A stretch of DNA of 64,000 nt from contig JANNQG010000004.1 in NCBI GenBank assembly GCA_031400595.1, positions 13,985 to 77,984 on the forward strand, read 5' to 3'. Under the pieces are notes generated by a model, which saw only the letters and a program-made list of their open reading frames with translations, did no database searches and was not told the origin of the DNA. Positions within the stretch are counted from its first letter, which is position 1; each line of letters opens with the position of its first letter. The DNA comes from Cyclobacteriaceae bacterium. Lineage in GTDB: Bacteria; Bacteroidota; Bacteroidia; Cytophagales; Cyclobacteriaceae. Below are positions 38,101-47,338 of the stretch, piece after piece. A program made the position numbers and the translations under genes.

Positions 38101-38242
38101 CAGCTTGAAAGTTGTGGTCTTTTGCAAATAATTCTTGAGGCTGCAAGTTGATAAAAGATAATACCCCAACTACTAAAAAAGACTTTAGATACGATGTTAG
38201 CAATTGATGTCCATTGTGGAAAAACTGGTAAAATTTTTTCAT
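35174..38242 (-). CDS. susC: SusC/RagA TonB-dependent transporter (pair 1)
   Basis: '[13 protein letters not shown]', '[32 protein letters not shown]', '[10 protein letters not shown]', 'YSGFDPE', 'YPRARTF'. Confidence 0.96.
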   Translation of the reverse strand: [1022 protein letters not shown]

Positions 38243-38301
38243 AGATTTTTTTAAGTGAAGAGTAGATGATTTTTGGTTTAAGTTCTCGATGTTAAGCGAT
38301 G

Positions 38302-38378
38302 CAAAGTAACATAGGGCTTGAGAGCGAAAATCAAACTCAGTGTTATGTTTCGGTTAGGGGTGAGTTAAGCTTGTTTAG
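38302..38378 (-). promoter_or_regulatory. susC-1 promoter with phased repeats TTAACT/CTAACC/ATAACA and -7-like TTACTTTG
   Basis: Hexamers at 38363-68, 38352-57, 38341-46 exactly 11 bp apart; last one 37 nt upstream of the -7-like box (38302-09). Confidence 0.55.
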
Positions 38379-38611
38379 ATTATTTTATGATCGCTAACGT
38401 AGTTTACAAAAAGCAATTCGCAGTCCGACTTGTTAAACGGAGCGTTAACTTTTTAAGCGCAACGAGACAGAGCGTGTTTGAAAACGCGAGACATCTTTCA
38501 AAAAAATTTCAAAGTACTCAGGCGACCAGCAAAAACGCGGGGACGAATCAATTTCCAAGTTGCTTTTGCTTTACCTTGACAGTACTAAAAGCAAAATCAA
38601 ATAAATCCTTT

Positions 38612-41356
38612 TTATTTTTTTGATAGCGATGCCAAAGGTTTTTTATGTTGTTGATAGAAAGCAGCTCGCTGCTTTTCTTCGTCATCCATTTCCGGGCCAG
38701 CCATAATCTTCTTCATATCAAACGTTTTGTGATAGACATCCATGGCTTTTTGAGGATCGAAGATGCGAAGATCACAAGGTTCTAGTGTATAAGGCGTAAA
38801 GTCGGGCTTGTCAGTAAAAAAATCTTGCAGCAAGGAAGCCGTTGCATCATACTGATTTACATACGGCACATTCAAAATATTGTACACTGTCTTTATCAAC
38901 GATCCAAAATTGGCATGCGTTTGTGAAACGTAGCCACGCTTAACGTATGGACCAGCCATCATCAATACAGATCGATGAGCGTCAATGTGGTCTACCCCGC
39001 CTTGTGGATCGTCTTCCATGATAATCACGAGCATATTCTTCCAATATTTCGTGCGCGACAGAAAGTGAAGAATCCGACCAATCGCCAAGTCATTGTCTGC
39101 CATAAAAGAGTGTACGTAAGGGAATCCTGCTGCTGGCCTTGGATCTGCTCCATGGTCATTAGGCACCTGCATGGCAATCAAGCTGGGCATTTTTTCGTTT
39201 CCTTTGACCCATCGTTTGGTAAACTCCTCCTCAAATTGATCCATTCGATACTGGTCTGGAATATTCATGTTGAAGCCGGCATAGTTCCAGGAGGTATTTT
39301 TATAGAGCGCATTTTGCATCGGGAACACAACTGGCTGACGTGCACCAAACGAAGTATGATTCCATTCTTCCCATACACCCGCATATTCGTTGCCTTCTCC
39401 GAAGCTATAAAACGAAACCTTATTTCTTTCCAGCGCTTCCCACATCCCACCAATCTCATTGTAGTCTTCTGGATCAACAGCTCCCGTTGATTTAGGAAAC
39501 CGCCTGCCCGGTGCCGATGAAAAAGTATTAAAAGTACCTTTCGATGAAGAATTGGCTTCGACATACTCGTTAGGAATAACACCTGCCAACCAATGGTGTC
39601 CATGAATGGATGCATCAGAATCGCAATAGAAGTTATCAGAGTAGGAAAATTGTTTGGCAAGCTTGTGGTGATTGGGCATGACCTTCAATCCTTCGAATTT
39701 ACTTCTCATCGAATCCGGCAAAGTGTAGGCAACATTTACCCCGAAGCGCGCCAAGGTTGAATCGCCTTTTCCATTTTTTAGCTGTCCGAAGACTTCATCG
39801 TAAGTACGATTTTCCTTGTTGATGTACACAATGTACTTGATTGGGCTTTCGCGAAGCTTAGGCAGAGGCGGCAACGGGTTTTTTCTGTCATCCTCCAGGT
39901 CAACTTCGCGAAAAGTATTGGTAAGCGCTTGACTGGTGTAGCGCTTTAGTTGCTCATCTGTAGGCACATCTACTTCTTGTAAAGTACCTAATTGAATGTC
40001 GCCAATGTATGTGCCTTGCGGTGGCTCTACAAAATCCGCTCCCCCATTGGGGCCGGCACCATGACCACGTGCAGAAATGATATATATCTTTTTCTCATCG
40101 GGCGATAGCTTGACGCGTGTAGCGCCCCAACCTGTAGGGATAAATCCTTTTGTTTTTTTTGTTTCTACATCTATCACGGCCACAGCATTAAATCCCAACA
40201 GAGCAACGTACAGCGTCCGCTCATCTTTGCTTAATGCTAGTCCAAAAGGTGTAAGGCCGCGGTATTTATTTATCCGCTCATCAGCTAGAATTGGAATTTC
40301 TTCTTTGATAGAATGATTCTCCAAATTAATGACAGAAATATTATCGTTGGTGGCATTGGAAACGTAGGCATACTTTGTTCCCACCACAATAGAATTAGGA
40401 CTTGCTCCCCCAACAATTTCCGCGCCCTCAATCAGTTGGCCAATCTGATGACCCGTTTTTTGCTTATCAATTACTTTATTCGTTTTCAAATCAATTGTCC
40501 ACACGCTCATCGCTTCAGTAGCTAAAGCACTACCCAGTCCAGGTATTTTTCTTCCCTCCACCTCCACACCTTCTTCCATCTCCTTCGAGAAAGTACCATA
40601 AGGGGGTTTTTCCAACATCATGGTATCGCGGTTATCTTTGGTAACGCCCGGCACCGAGGGATATTCAAATAATCCTGCATTCGCAACCAGCGCATACTTT
40701 TTATCCTTGCTCAACGCAAGGCCGAAAGGAATTCGTCCTACTTTGATAGAGGCAATAATTTTTTTTGTTTTGAGATCAATTCTTACCAATCGGTTATTTG
40801 CCCGATCTAATGCAAACAACTCATCGCGGTCATAGTCGATCGTCAAATCAGAAGTGAAACTCTCTTGATAATCAACTCCCTCGAAAATGCCATTCAAGTT
40901 GATCTGGTCAACTTTTCTATAGGTGAGTACATCCAACACAACTATTTTGCCTAAATCGCCTCCACTCAAGTAGGCTAGTTTAGAATCTGCTGAAAAAGCG
41001 GCTCCCAGAAACGAAGCGCCTTCCATCACGGGTGCAATTTTTTTATCAAAACTTGGAACGCGCACGCTGGCATTTAGGTTGAAAGCATCCGAAATGGTAA
41101 CCGTTCCGTTGTGGTGTAAAACCAATATCTTTTTTCCGTCAGGTGAAATACTTAAGCCATACGGGGCTCGATCTATACGAATCGTTTCGTCTGCGGGCGT
41201 GACGTATCTGCCGCTAGGCAATACTGAATTTCCCTTTGCGTTGATGACCGCATATTCATTGACGCCAGGCACTTGCAATACCTTGACCTTTCTTTTTTCG
41301 GGCTGGCAAGAAATTAAAAAAGAAAAGCCAAGGATCAAAAAATAGTTTCTATTCAT
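38612..41356 (-). CDS. YncE/YVTN beta-propeller + phosphoesterase lipoprotein, paralog 2
   Basis: Lipobox 'FLISC'; 'KENRTYDEVFG', 'DNFYCDSDASIHGHHW', 'MEDDPQGGVDHIDAHRS'; collinear with paralog 1. Confidence 0.88.
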   Translation of the reverse strand: MNRNYFLILGFSFLISCQPEKRKVKVLQVPGVNEYAVINAKGNSVLPSGRYVTPADETIRIDRAPYGLSISPDGKKILVLHHNGTVTISDAFNLNASVRVPSFDKKIAPVMEGASFLGAAFSADSKLAYLSGGDLGKIVVLDVLTYRKVDQINLNGIFEGVDYQESFTSDLTIDYDRDELFALDRANNRLVRIDLKTKKIIASIKVGRIPFGLALSKDKKYALVANAGLFEYPSVPGVTKDNRDTMMLEKPPYGTFSKEMEEGVEVEGRKIPGLGSALATEAMSVWTIDLKTNKVIDKQKTGHQIGQLIEGAEIVGGASPNSIVVGTKYAYVSNATNDNISVINLENHSIKEEIPILADERINKYRGLTPFGLALSKDERTLYVALLGFNAVAVIDVETKKTKGFIPTGWGATRVKLSPDEKKIYIISARGHGAGPNGGADFVEPPQGTYIGDIQLGTLQEVDVPTDEQLKRYTSQALTNTFREVDLEDDRKNPLPPLPKLRESPIKYIVYINKENRTYDEVFGQLKNGKGDSTLARFGVNVAYTLPDSMRSKFEGLKVMPNHHKLAKQFSYSDNFYCDSDASIHGHHWLAGVIPNEYVEANSSSKGTFNTFSSAPGRRFPKSTGAVDPEDYNEIGGMWEALERNKVSFYSFGEGNEYAGVWEEWNHTSFGARQPVVFPMQNALYKNTSWNYAGFNMNIPDQYRMDQFEEEFTKRWVKGNEKMPSLIAMQVPNDHGADPRPAAGFPYVHSFMADNDLAIGRILHFLSRTKYWKNMLVIIMEDDPQGGVDHIDAHRSVLMMAGPYVKRGYVSQTHANFGSLIKTVYNILNVPYVNQYDATASLLQDFFTDKPDFTPYTLEPCDLRIFDPQKAMDVYHKTFDMKKIMAGPEMDDEEKQRAAFYQQHKKPLASLSKK

Positions 41357-41392
41357 TTTGCAGAGAAATTATCAGATCAATGAGCAGGGGTT

Positions 41393-41424
41393 AAAAAAAT
41401 CCGGGGCTTTTTTAGGGCCCCGGA
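41393..41424 (-). terminator. Intrinsic terminator after susD-2
   Basis: TCCGGGGC / GCCCCGGA stem with U7 on the minus strand. Confidence 0.8.
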
Positions 41425-41467
41425 AATTGATTAAAAAAACACCTAGCAAGTATTGTTCGTTGGTGAA

Positions 41468-42985
41468 CTAATTCTTATCCCACCAAACTTGTGTATTGAT
41501 GTCATCAGCACCCTGCCGACCAACTGCTTCAGCACGATTTGTTCCGTTTAAAGATTGTTCTGACTGTGGGTATATGTAACGCACTGGAATTAAATTATTA
41601 TTCAAATTTCCTGCACCAGGTGTTAGCACAGGAAGTCCGGATCTTCTCCAATCTGCCCAAGCCTCTAAACCATTGAAGAAAAGCGCCACCCATTTTTGCC
41701 GTGCAATTAAACTCAATTTTTCTGCCTGTGTTCCTGCGTAAGCAATACTTGGCTGAGTAAAATAGTTGGCGGGCAACGTCAGACTTATTCCGTAAGAAGA
41801 AGGGACAATTGCTCTATAGTAGTCCAGGTTTGAATTTATCCCATTTGCGTAATAAGTGTCAGCGACACCGGTTGTTATTAGGTTTTTCTCACGGGCTTCG
41901 GCCAGAATAAATTGAACTTCTGAAAAGGTCATTATCAATCCTCTGGAAGCATTAGCTACAGGCGCAGGTGTGCTACAAACCAGACACGCAAACGTTAAAC
42001 CTACACGTGAAACACCTTGCGGGCCACCATTAAAACTCAGTGCTTGCGTATCTTCAAGCCCATTAGGGATTCCTTGTATGACAGGATTTCCCGCAGTTAC
42101 AGACGCTTCAGTTGGCCTTCCGAAAACTTGCAGGCGAGGATCACCAACACTTGTCAAGTAGTCACTCATTGTTTTGCTCAATCTGAATTCATCAAACGAA
42201 CCAACTCTGGCGGTATATAAAGGCCATTGATTAGGCGCAGCAGATTGATAAACAAGAACTGCATTATCCGTATTATTTTCGAAGATCGGATTGAGCGTTG
42301 CATTGTCCAAAATAGATTGAAGATCAGCCTGCACACTGCGTTTATTTGAAATTCGCATGAGATATCTAAGCCTAAGAGAATTGGCAAGCTTCCTCCATCT
42401 TGTCAAATTACCGTTAAAGATCAAATCTCCTGACACTGTTTCGGGGCTCGTTCCAAGAATTTCGTTTGCTCGCTTCAAATCGGCCAATATGCCGTTGTAT
42501 ATGACTTCCTGTGCATCGTATTTGGGTGCGTAGTTTGCAGCAGTCTTTCCTTTGGTAGCATCGAGATAGGGTACGTCTCCGTAGGTATCAGTCAGCACAG
42601 AAAACATCCACGATTTCAAAATCAACGCAATACCCAAGTAGTTATTTTGTACAGGTTTTGCCGCCTCAGAAGAAGCGATGATATTTTGTACATTTCTTAG
42701 ATTTACATACACACTGTTCCACACACCGGAACGTTCACCCCAAAGGTACCGGTCTTCATTTACGAACTGAATTTTTGCGGTATGCTGAACCACAATGTTG
42801 CCAATGCTCCAGGCCTCATTCACTTGATCATTGATCGTGTTTCGGATTACACCGGATAAAAGCAAGTCTGGTGTTATTGTGATTGGCACGTTGGGGTTCG
42901 TATTAATTTTTTCGAAGCCCTCATCGCAGGAAATTACTGTAAAGACAGCAACGACTGCAACAATAAATCTCTTTAGGTTTTTCAT
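41468..42985 (-). CDS. susD: SusD/RagB family lipoprotein, SusD-like_2 type (pair 2)
   Basis: Lipobox 'VISCDEGFEKINTNPN'; 'LTDTYGDVPY', 'WRKLANSLRLRYLMR', 'QKWVALFFNGLEAWADWRRSG', 'VWWD'. Confidence 0.93.
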   Translation of the reverse strand: MKNLKRFIVAVVAVFTVISCDEGFEKINTNPNVPITITPDLLLSGVIRNTINDQVNEAWSIGNIVVQHTAKIQFVNEDRYLWGERSGVWNSVYVNLRNVQNIIASSEAAKPVQNNYLGIALILKSWMFSVLTDTYGDVPYLDATKGKTAANYAPKYDAQEVIYNGILADLKRANEILGTSPETVSGDLIFNGNLTRWRKLANSLRLRYLMRISNKRSVQADLQSILDNATLNPIFENNTDNAVLVYQSAAPNQWPLYTARVGSFDEFRLSKTMSDYLTSVGDPRLQVFGRPTEASVTAGNPVIQGIPNGLEDTQALSFNGGPQGVSRVGLTFACLVCSTPAPVANASRGLIMTFSEVQFILAEAREKNLITTGVADTYYANGINSNLDYYRAIVPSSYGISLTLPANYFTQPSIAYAGTQAEKLSLIARQKWVALFFNGLEAWADWRRSGLPVLTPGAGNLNNNLIPVRYIYPQSEQSLNGTNRAEAVGRQGADDINTQVWWDKN

Positions 42986-43078
42986 TTGTTATTTCTTTTT
43001 TAAATTCGACTACGCGGAACTTTTTGTAACTCTTTACAATTAGTACTGATCGTCTCCAAATTCTATTTTAATAAAGGA

Positions 43079-46000
43079 TTAAAATTTAAGTCCAACATTA
43101 AATCCATAACTTCTCGATGAAGGGATAGACATGTTTTCGATACCAGGAAGTGCAGTGCCGCCTGTATACGACAACACCTCGGGGTCAATGTGCGGAACAT
43201 TTGTCCAAAGCGCTAGGTTTCTTCCAACCAATGAAATGGTGACACTTCTAAAGGGCGTTTTGCTAAAAATCTTGTTAGGGATAGTATAACCAATTTGCAA
43301 CTCACGCAACTTCACAAATGACGCATCGTAGACCACACCTTCGGCAATGTTCCTTCCCCCGGTGTAAGCGGAATGCCATTGGCGTGGCAAAATCCTGTTA
43401 TCATTGACTTTGAAAGTACCATCGGAATTTAGATTGACACCATTTCCTACAACATACGTTCCAACAGGTGCATTTAACAAACGAGGGTCTGCGGTTGCTA
43501 AGGCTTGAGGGTAATACCCATTTTCCCTACCTTCTAAAGTCTCCATAATAATTCCACCTTCCCTGCCTACTGTCTGAGTTTCAGAGTATACTTGACCTCC
43601 CTGACGAATGTCAAATAGTACGCCCAGTCTTACGCCTTTGAAAGTGAACGTGTTGTTGATACCAGCCATCCAGTCTGGATTGTAGTTACCTAATTTTATT
43701 CTTGCTGTTGTTGCAATCGGCCGACCTCCTCCCTGACCTTGAGCATTAGGGTTGCTAAATACCTGCTGGCCTACAAACTGCCCGGACGCGTCATAATAAG
43801 GCTTTGTCGGATCAGTATTTTGCACCCTTGCATAGCCAATTCCATACATATCCCCCATTCGTTCACCTACGCGTGCCTCAATTGAAACTCTCCTAGTCGC
43901 AAGCACATAGTTGGTCAAACCGTCAGAAAGAGAAACCACTTCGCTTCGGTTGCTAGAAAAATTAACATCCAAATTCCATTGAAAACCGTTTGACAGTCTT
44001 ACTGGAATTGAGTTCAACATCACCTCAAATCCGTAATTTTTTATTTCCCCCGCGTTAATTCCTCGTGTATTGTATCCACTCGTATTAGAAAGCGGAATAT
44101 CTAATATCTGATTTTTTGTAAGCGTCTGATAATAAGTAAAATCTAGTCCTAAACGATCACGAAAGAACCGAACATCAAACCCTCCTTCATAAGAAGTGCT
44201 AATCTCTGGCTTAAGACTAAAGTTTGCTAACCTGCCTGTCTCTGAATAAACTTGCGTAGTTCCAAACGGATCGCTCGGGTTAAATGCTTGAGTAAAGGCG
44301 AACGCGTCAGTATCATTACCCACTTGAGCAGCGCTCGCTCTCACTTTTGCAAAAGAAATGAACTCTGGCAATTCGACCATATCAGATATCACTGCGCTAA
44401 GCGCAGCCGATGAATAGAAGTAGGAATTATTTTGAGTGCCGATTCCCGCATCCTTAAGTGCCTGCGGCAGCGTCAGCGCGCTTGACCAATCATTGCGTGC
44501 AGTCAAATCAAGAAAGAGAATGTTTTTGTACCCCAATTGTGCTGACCCATATAAACTGTTGATGCTCTTTTTAACATCTGTCTGAGAACTTTGTAATGCC
44601 GCTCTGAAGTTGGTTAGGCTATACACACCCGGAATATTCAATTGTGGAGCATTGACTTCTAAGAACTCTGATTTTTGGCGTAATTGATTTCCACCCAATG
44701 AAGCAGTCAGTGTAAAAACGGAAGGTATGATCTCCTTATTAAATGTCAACAAGAAATCAGTATTACGCTCTTCAGTTACGATGTTTGACTCCCGATATTG
44801 CCCAAAAGGAAAACGCTGCGTACTGAAAGCTCTTCGGTATTGTCTTCTCTCGTTTCCGTAGTCTAGAGCTGTGCGTAATTGTAAATTTAGCCAAGGGGCA
44901 AACTCATATTTAAGTGAGATGTTACCGATAATTCGATCAACGTTTTGGCCATTGGTATTTTCGTACACAGTGAAATAGGGGTTATCATGATAGTTGTAGT
45001 TCCATCCTGATTGTCTTATTCCTTCCAGTCCCGGCATCCAATAGTTGCGAAGCGATTCCATATCGACTGATCTTGGCAACCAACAGTTGAATAAATACAT
45101 GATGTTCTCCGTGCCATAGCTGATCGAAGGGCGATTATCACTTTCGCTTTTAATGTAGCTTACGAACGCACGCGCAGAGAATTTTTTAGACAAGTTATAT
45201 CCACCACCAAACGAAACGGTGTTACGTCTCAAATCAGTGTTTGGCACTATGCCGGTTTGATCAAGGCCAGTATATGATAGTCTAAAGTCTCCATTCTGAT
45301 TGCTCCCAACAAGCGCCACGTTGTTTGTGAATGTCTTTCCAGTTTGGAAGAAATTCTTTACACCATCTTTGTCATTTTTCCATAGAGTTGGAGTAATCAC
45401 ACTTCCCGCAGGTGCATTTAAATCCCCTCCTCGAAAAGCGATCGGTGAACCATTCAACGTTCTAGGCGAATTGAATTGTGGATACAACTGGCCGTTAAAG
45501 GCAGGACCCCAACTTTCATCTGTACCATCAGTTAAGCCGGCACCACCTCCATTGACAAATGCAAAGTCGCCACCATTACCGTTACCTTGTCCATATACAT
45601 TTTGGTAGTCAGGCAATCGTAACGCAGATTCAAAAGTTGTATTAGAATTAATTTCAACGCCAATTCCTTTAGTACCTCTGCCGGACTTAGTCTTAATAAC
45701 AATAACACCGTTAGCTGCGCGAGAACCGTACAATGCTGAGGCGGCAGCGCCCTTCAGTACAGTCATCGATTCAACGTCATCGGAGTTTACAAAACTTGCT
45801 CCATTACCAAAATCAACCTCCAGATTACTTCTGCCGTTTGCTGCTGTTATTCCGTTGCTTATTGGCACACCATCAATTACATATAGAGGTTGATTGGCAT
45901 TCAAATTCAAAGACCGCTCTCCGCGAATGGTTACTCTTGACGATCCTCCCACTCCTGAATTGCTTCCGATAACGGTTACACCTGCAATTTTTCCTGCTAA

Positions 46001-46465
46001 TTGATTCGAGATATTTGTCTCCCTGGCTGTTGTTAGGCTTTCCGCGCCAACACTTTGGATTGCATACCCAAGACTCTTTTTCTCCTTTTCTACGCCCAAT
46101 GCCGTCACAACGATTTCAGATAGTTGTTTGGCATCAGATGCCAATGTCACATCAAACGATGTGCGTCCACCAATAGGAACTTCTTGAGATGTGAATCCAA
46201 CAAAAGAGAACACCAAGACATCATTGCCCGAGGCGACATTAATTGTAAAAGCACCGTTGGCATCCGAAATAGTACCACTGGTTGTTCCTTTCACCAAAAT
46301 GTTTACTCCCGGAAGCGGGCTTTGGTCTTCTCCGGACGTCACCTTGCCAGATACCTGGAACTCCTGTGCCATTGCAACGGAACAGGTTATGAACACAAAC
46401 AAGAAGGGCGCGATTCTGGGAATCACAAACTGCCTGTGCAAACTGTTTTGTAAAAATTTAAGCAT
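43079..46465 (-). CDS. susC: SusC/RagA TonB-dependent transporter (pair 2)
   Basis: 'LSEIVVTALGV', 'VESMTVLKGAAASALYGSRAANGVIVIKTKSG', 'TARNDWSSAL', 'DASFVKLRE', 'PSSRSYGFNV'. Confidence 0.96.
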   Translation of the reverse strand: MLKFLQNSLHRQFVIPRIAPFLFVFITCSVAMAQEFQVSGKVTSGEDQSPLPGVNILVKGTTSGTISDANGAFTINVASGNDVLVFSFVGFTSQEVPIGGRTSFDVTLASDAKQLSEIVVTALGVEKEKKSLGYAIQSVGAESLTTARETNISNQLAGKIAGVTVIGSNSGVGGSSRVTIRGERSLNLNANQPLYVIDGVPISNGITAANGRSNLEVDFGNGASFVNSDDVESMTVLKGAAASALYGSRAANGVIVIKTKSGRGTKGIGVEINSNTTFESALRLPDYQNVYGQGNGNGGDFAFVNGGGAGLTDGTDESWGPAFNGQLYPQFNSPRTLNGSPIAFRGGDLNAPAGSVITPTLWKNDKDGVKNFFQTGKTFTNNVALVGSNQNGDFRLSYTGLDQTGIVPNTDLRRNTVSFGGGYNLSKKFSARAFVSYIKSESDNRPSISYGTENIMYLFNCWLPRSVDMESLRNYWMPGLEGIRQSGWNYNYHDNPYFTVYENTNGQNVDRIIGNISLKYEFAPWLNLQLRTALDYGNERRQYRRAFSTQRFPFGQYRESNIVTEERNTDFLLTFNKEIIPSVFTLTASLGGNQLRQKSEFLEVNAPQLNIPGVYSLTNFRAALQSSQTDVKKSINSLYGSAQLGYKNILFLDLTARNDWSSALTLPQALKDAGIGTQNNSYFYSSAALSAVISDMVELPEFISFAKVRASAAQVGNDTDAFAFTQAFNPSDPFGTTQVYSETGRLANFSLKPEISTSYEGGFDVRFFRDRLGLDFTYYQTLTKNQILDIPLSNTSGYNTRGINAGEIKNYGFEVMLNSIPVRLSNGFQWNLDVNFSSNRSEVVSLSDGLTNYVLATRRVSIEARVGERMGDMYGIGYARVQNTDPTKPYYDASGQFVGQQVFSNPNAQGQGGGRPIATTARIKLGNYNPDWMAGINNTFTFKGVRLGVLFDIRQGGQVYSETQTVGREGGIIMETLEGRENGYYPQALATADPRLLNAPVGTYVVGNGVNLNSDGTFKVNDNRILPRQWHSAYTGGRNIAEGVVYDASFVKLRELQIGYTIPNKIFSKTPFRSVTISLVGRNLALWTNVPHIDPEVLSYTGGTALPGIENMSIPSSRSYGFNVGLKF

Positions 46466-46518
46466 ACTAATAATGGGGTTTAGTTTTCGCTAGCACGTCA
46501 TTCCGTGCTTAGCTTGCT

Positions 46519-46574
46519 CAAATATTGATTTAACATTTGATGTTGAGTTTAGACGCAGGTTAATGATCGGTTAA
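46519..46574 (-). promoter_or_regulatory. susC-2 promoter with phased repeats TTAACC/TTAACC/CTAAAC and -7-like AATATTTG
   Basis: Hexamers at 46569-74, 46558-63, 46547-52 (11 bp apart); the first two lie 48 and 37 nt upstream of the -7-like box. Confidence 0.55.
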
Positions 46575-46712
46575 GAATAGACGAGTGAAAAAAAAAATAT
46601 TCACACTCGCTTAAAGCCGTTGGGGAAAAAGGGCACTTGGAAGCGAAACAAACGTATCTTTTAAATAACAATCAGTTCATACTTGTGTGATAGCTTGCAT
46701 GGTCAACCAAAA

Positions 46713-46729
46713 GTTGACAAACAGTAAAC
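46713..46729. promoter_or_regulatory. Imperfect palindrome GTTGAC-N5-GTAAAC just upstream of the XRE gene (possible autoregulatory operator)
   Basis: 5/6 inverted match, 8 nt before ATG 46738. Confidence 0.35.
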
Positions 46730-46737
46730 AATACACT

Positions 46738-47313
46738 ATGGTACAAGAAGAACTGATCCCTCTTATTGCTAAAAGAATCAAGACGTTACGCATTGAAAAG
46801 AGCCTTACTTTGCAAACACTGAGTGAACGCACTAACTTAACGAAAGGGCTGATCTCTAAAATAGAAAACTCAAGAACCATTCCGTCCGTTCCGGTTTTAT
46901 TCAACATAATGAATGCGCTCGAGATAAAACCGCAAGACTTTTTCGACACACTATCAGCTGGTAGCAGTCAAAACTACCTTCACATCAAACGAAAAGAATA
47001 CAAACACATTAAAAAAGAGAATCGCCCTGGGTTCGACTATAGATTCATCTTGGCCCAATCCCTTCAGGGATGTACGATGGAGACCGTTCTATTAAATATT
47101 AAGCCAAAATCTGAAAGTAAAGCCACCACCACTGACGGTTTTGAATTCAAATACGTAGTATCCGGTGATTGCGACTACTACATTCAAGATGAGAAAATTT
47201 CATTACGCGAAGGTGACTCAATTTACTTTGATGCCTCAAAACCACATTACCCCGTCAACAATACAAAACGAAAAGTAACGATGCTGGTCTTTTATTTTCT
47301 CACGATAAAATGA
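46738..47313 (+). CDS. XRE-family HTH + cupin transcriptional regulator (PuuR/SutR-like)
   Basis: HTH_3 'IKTLRIEKSLTLQTLSERTNLTKGLISKIEN...PSV'; cupin 'GFEFKYVVSG...LREGDSIYFDASKPH'; start ATG 46738 (alternative 46699). Confidence 0.92.
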   Translation: MVQEELIPLIAKRIKTLRIEKSLTLQTLSERTNLTKGLISKIENSRTIPSVPVLFNIMNALEIKPQDFFDTLSAGSSQNYLHIKRKEYKHIKKENRPGFDYRFILAQSLQGCTMETVLLNIKPKSESKATTTDGFEFKYVVSGDCDYYIQDEKISLREGDSIYFDASKPHYPVNNTKRKVTMLVFYFLTIK

Positions 47314-47338
47314 CTTATGTTGAACCGAGTAACACAAG

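Noticed and set aside
38387-38623. 78-aa plus-strand ORF in the susC-1 upstream region
   Set aside because: No recognisable motif; lies antisense across promoter/terminator DNA and overlaps the phosphoesterase stop.
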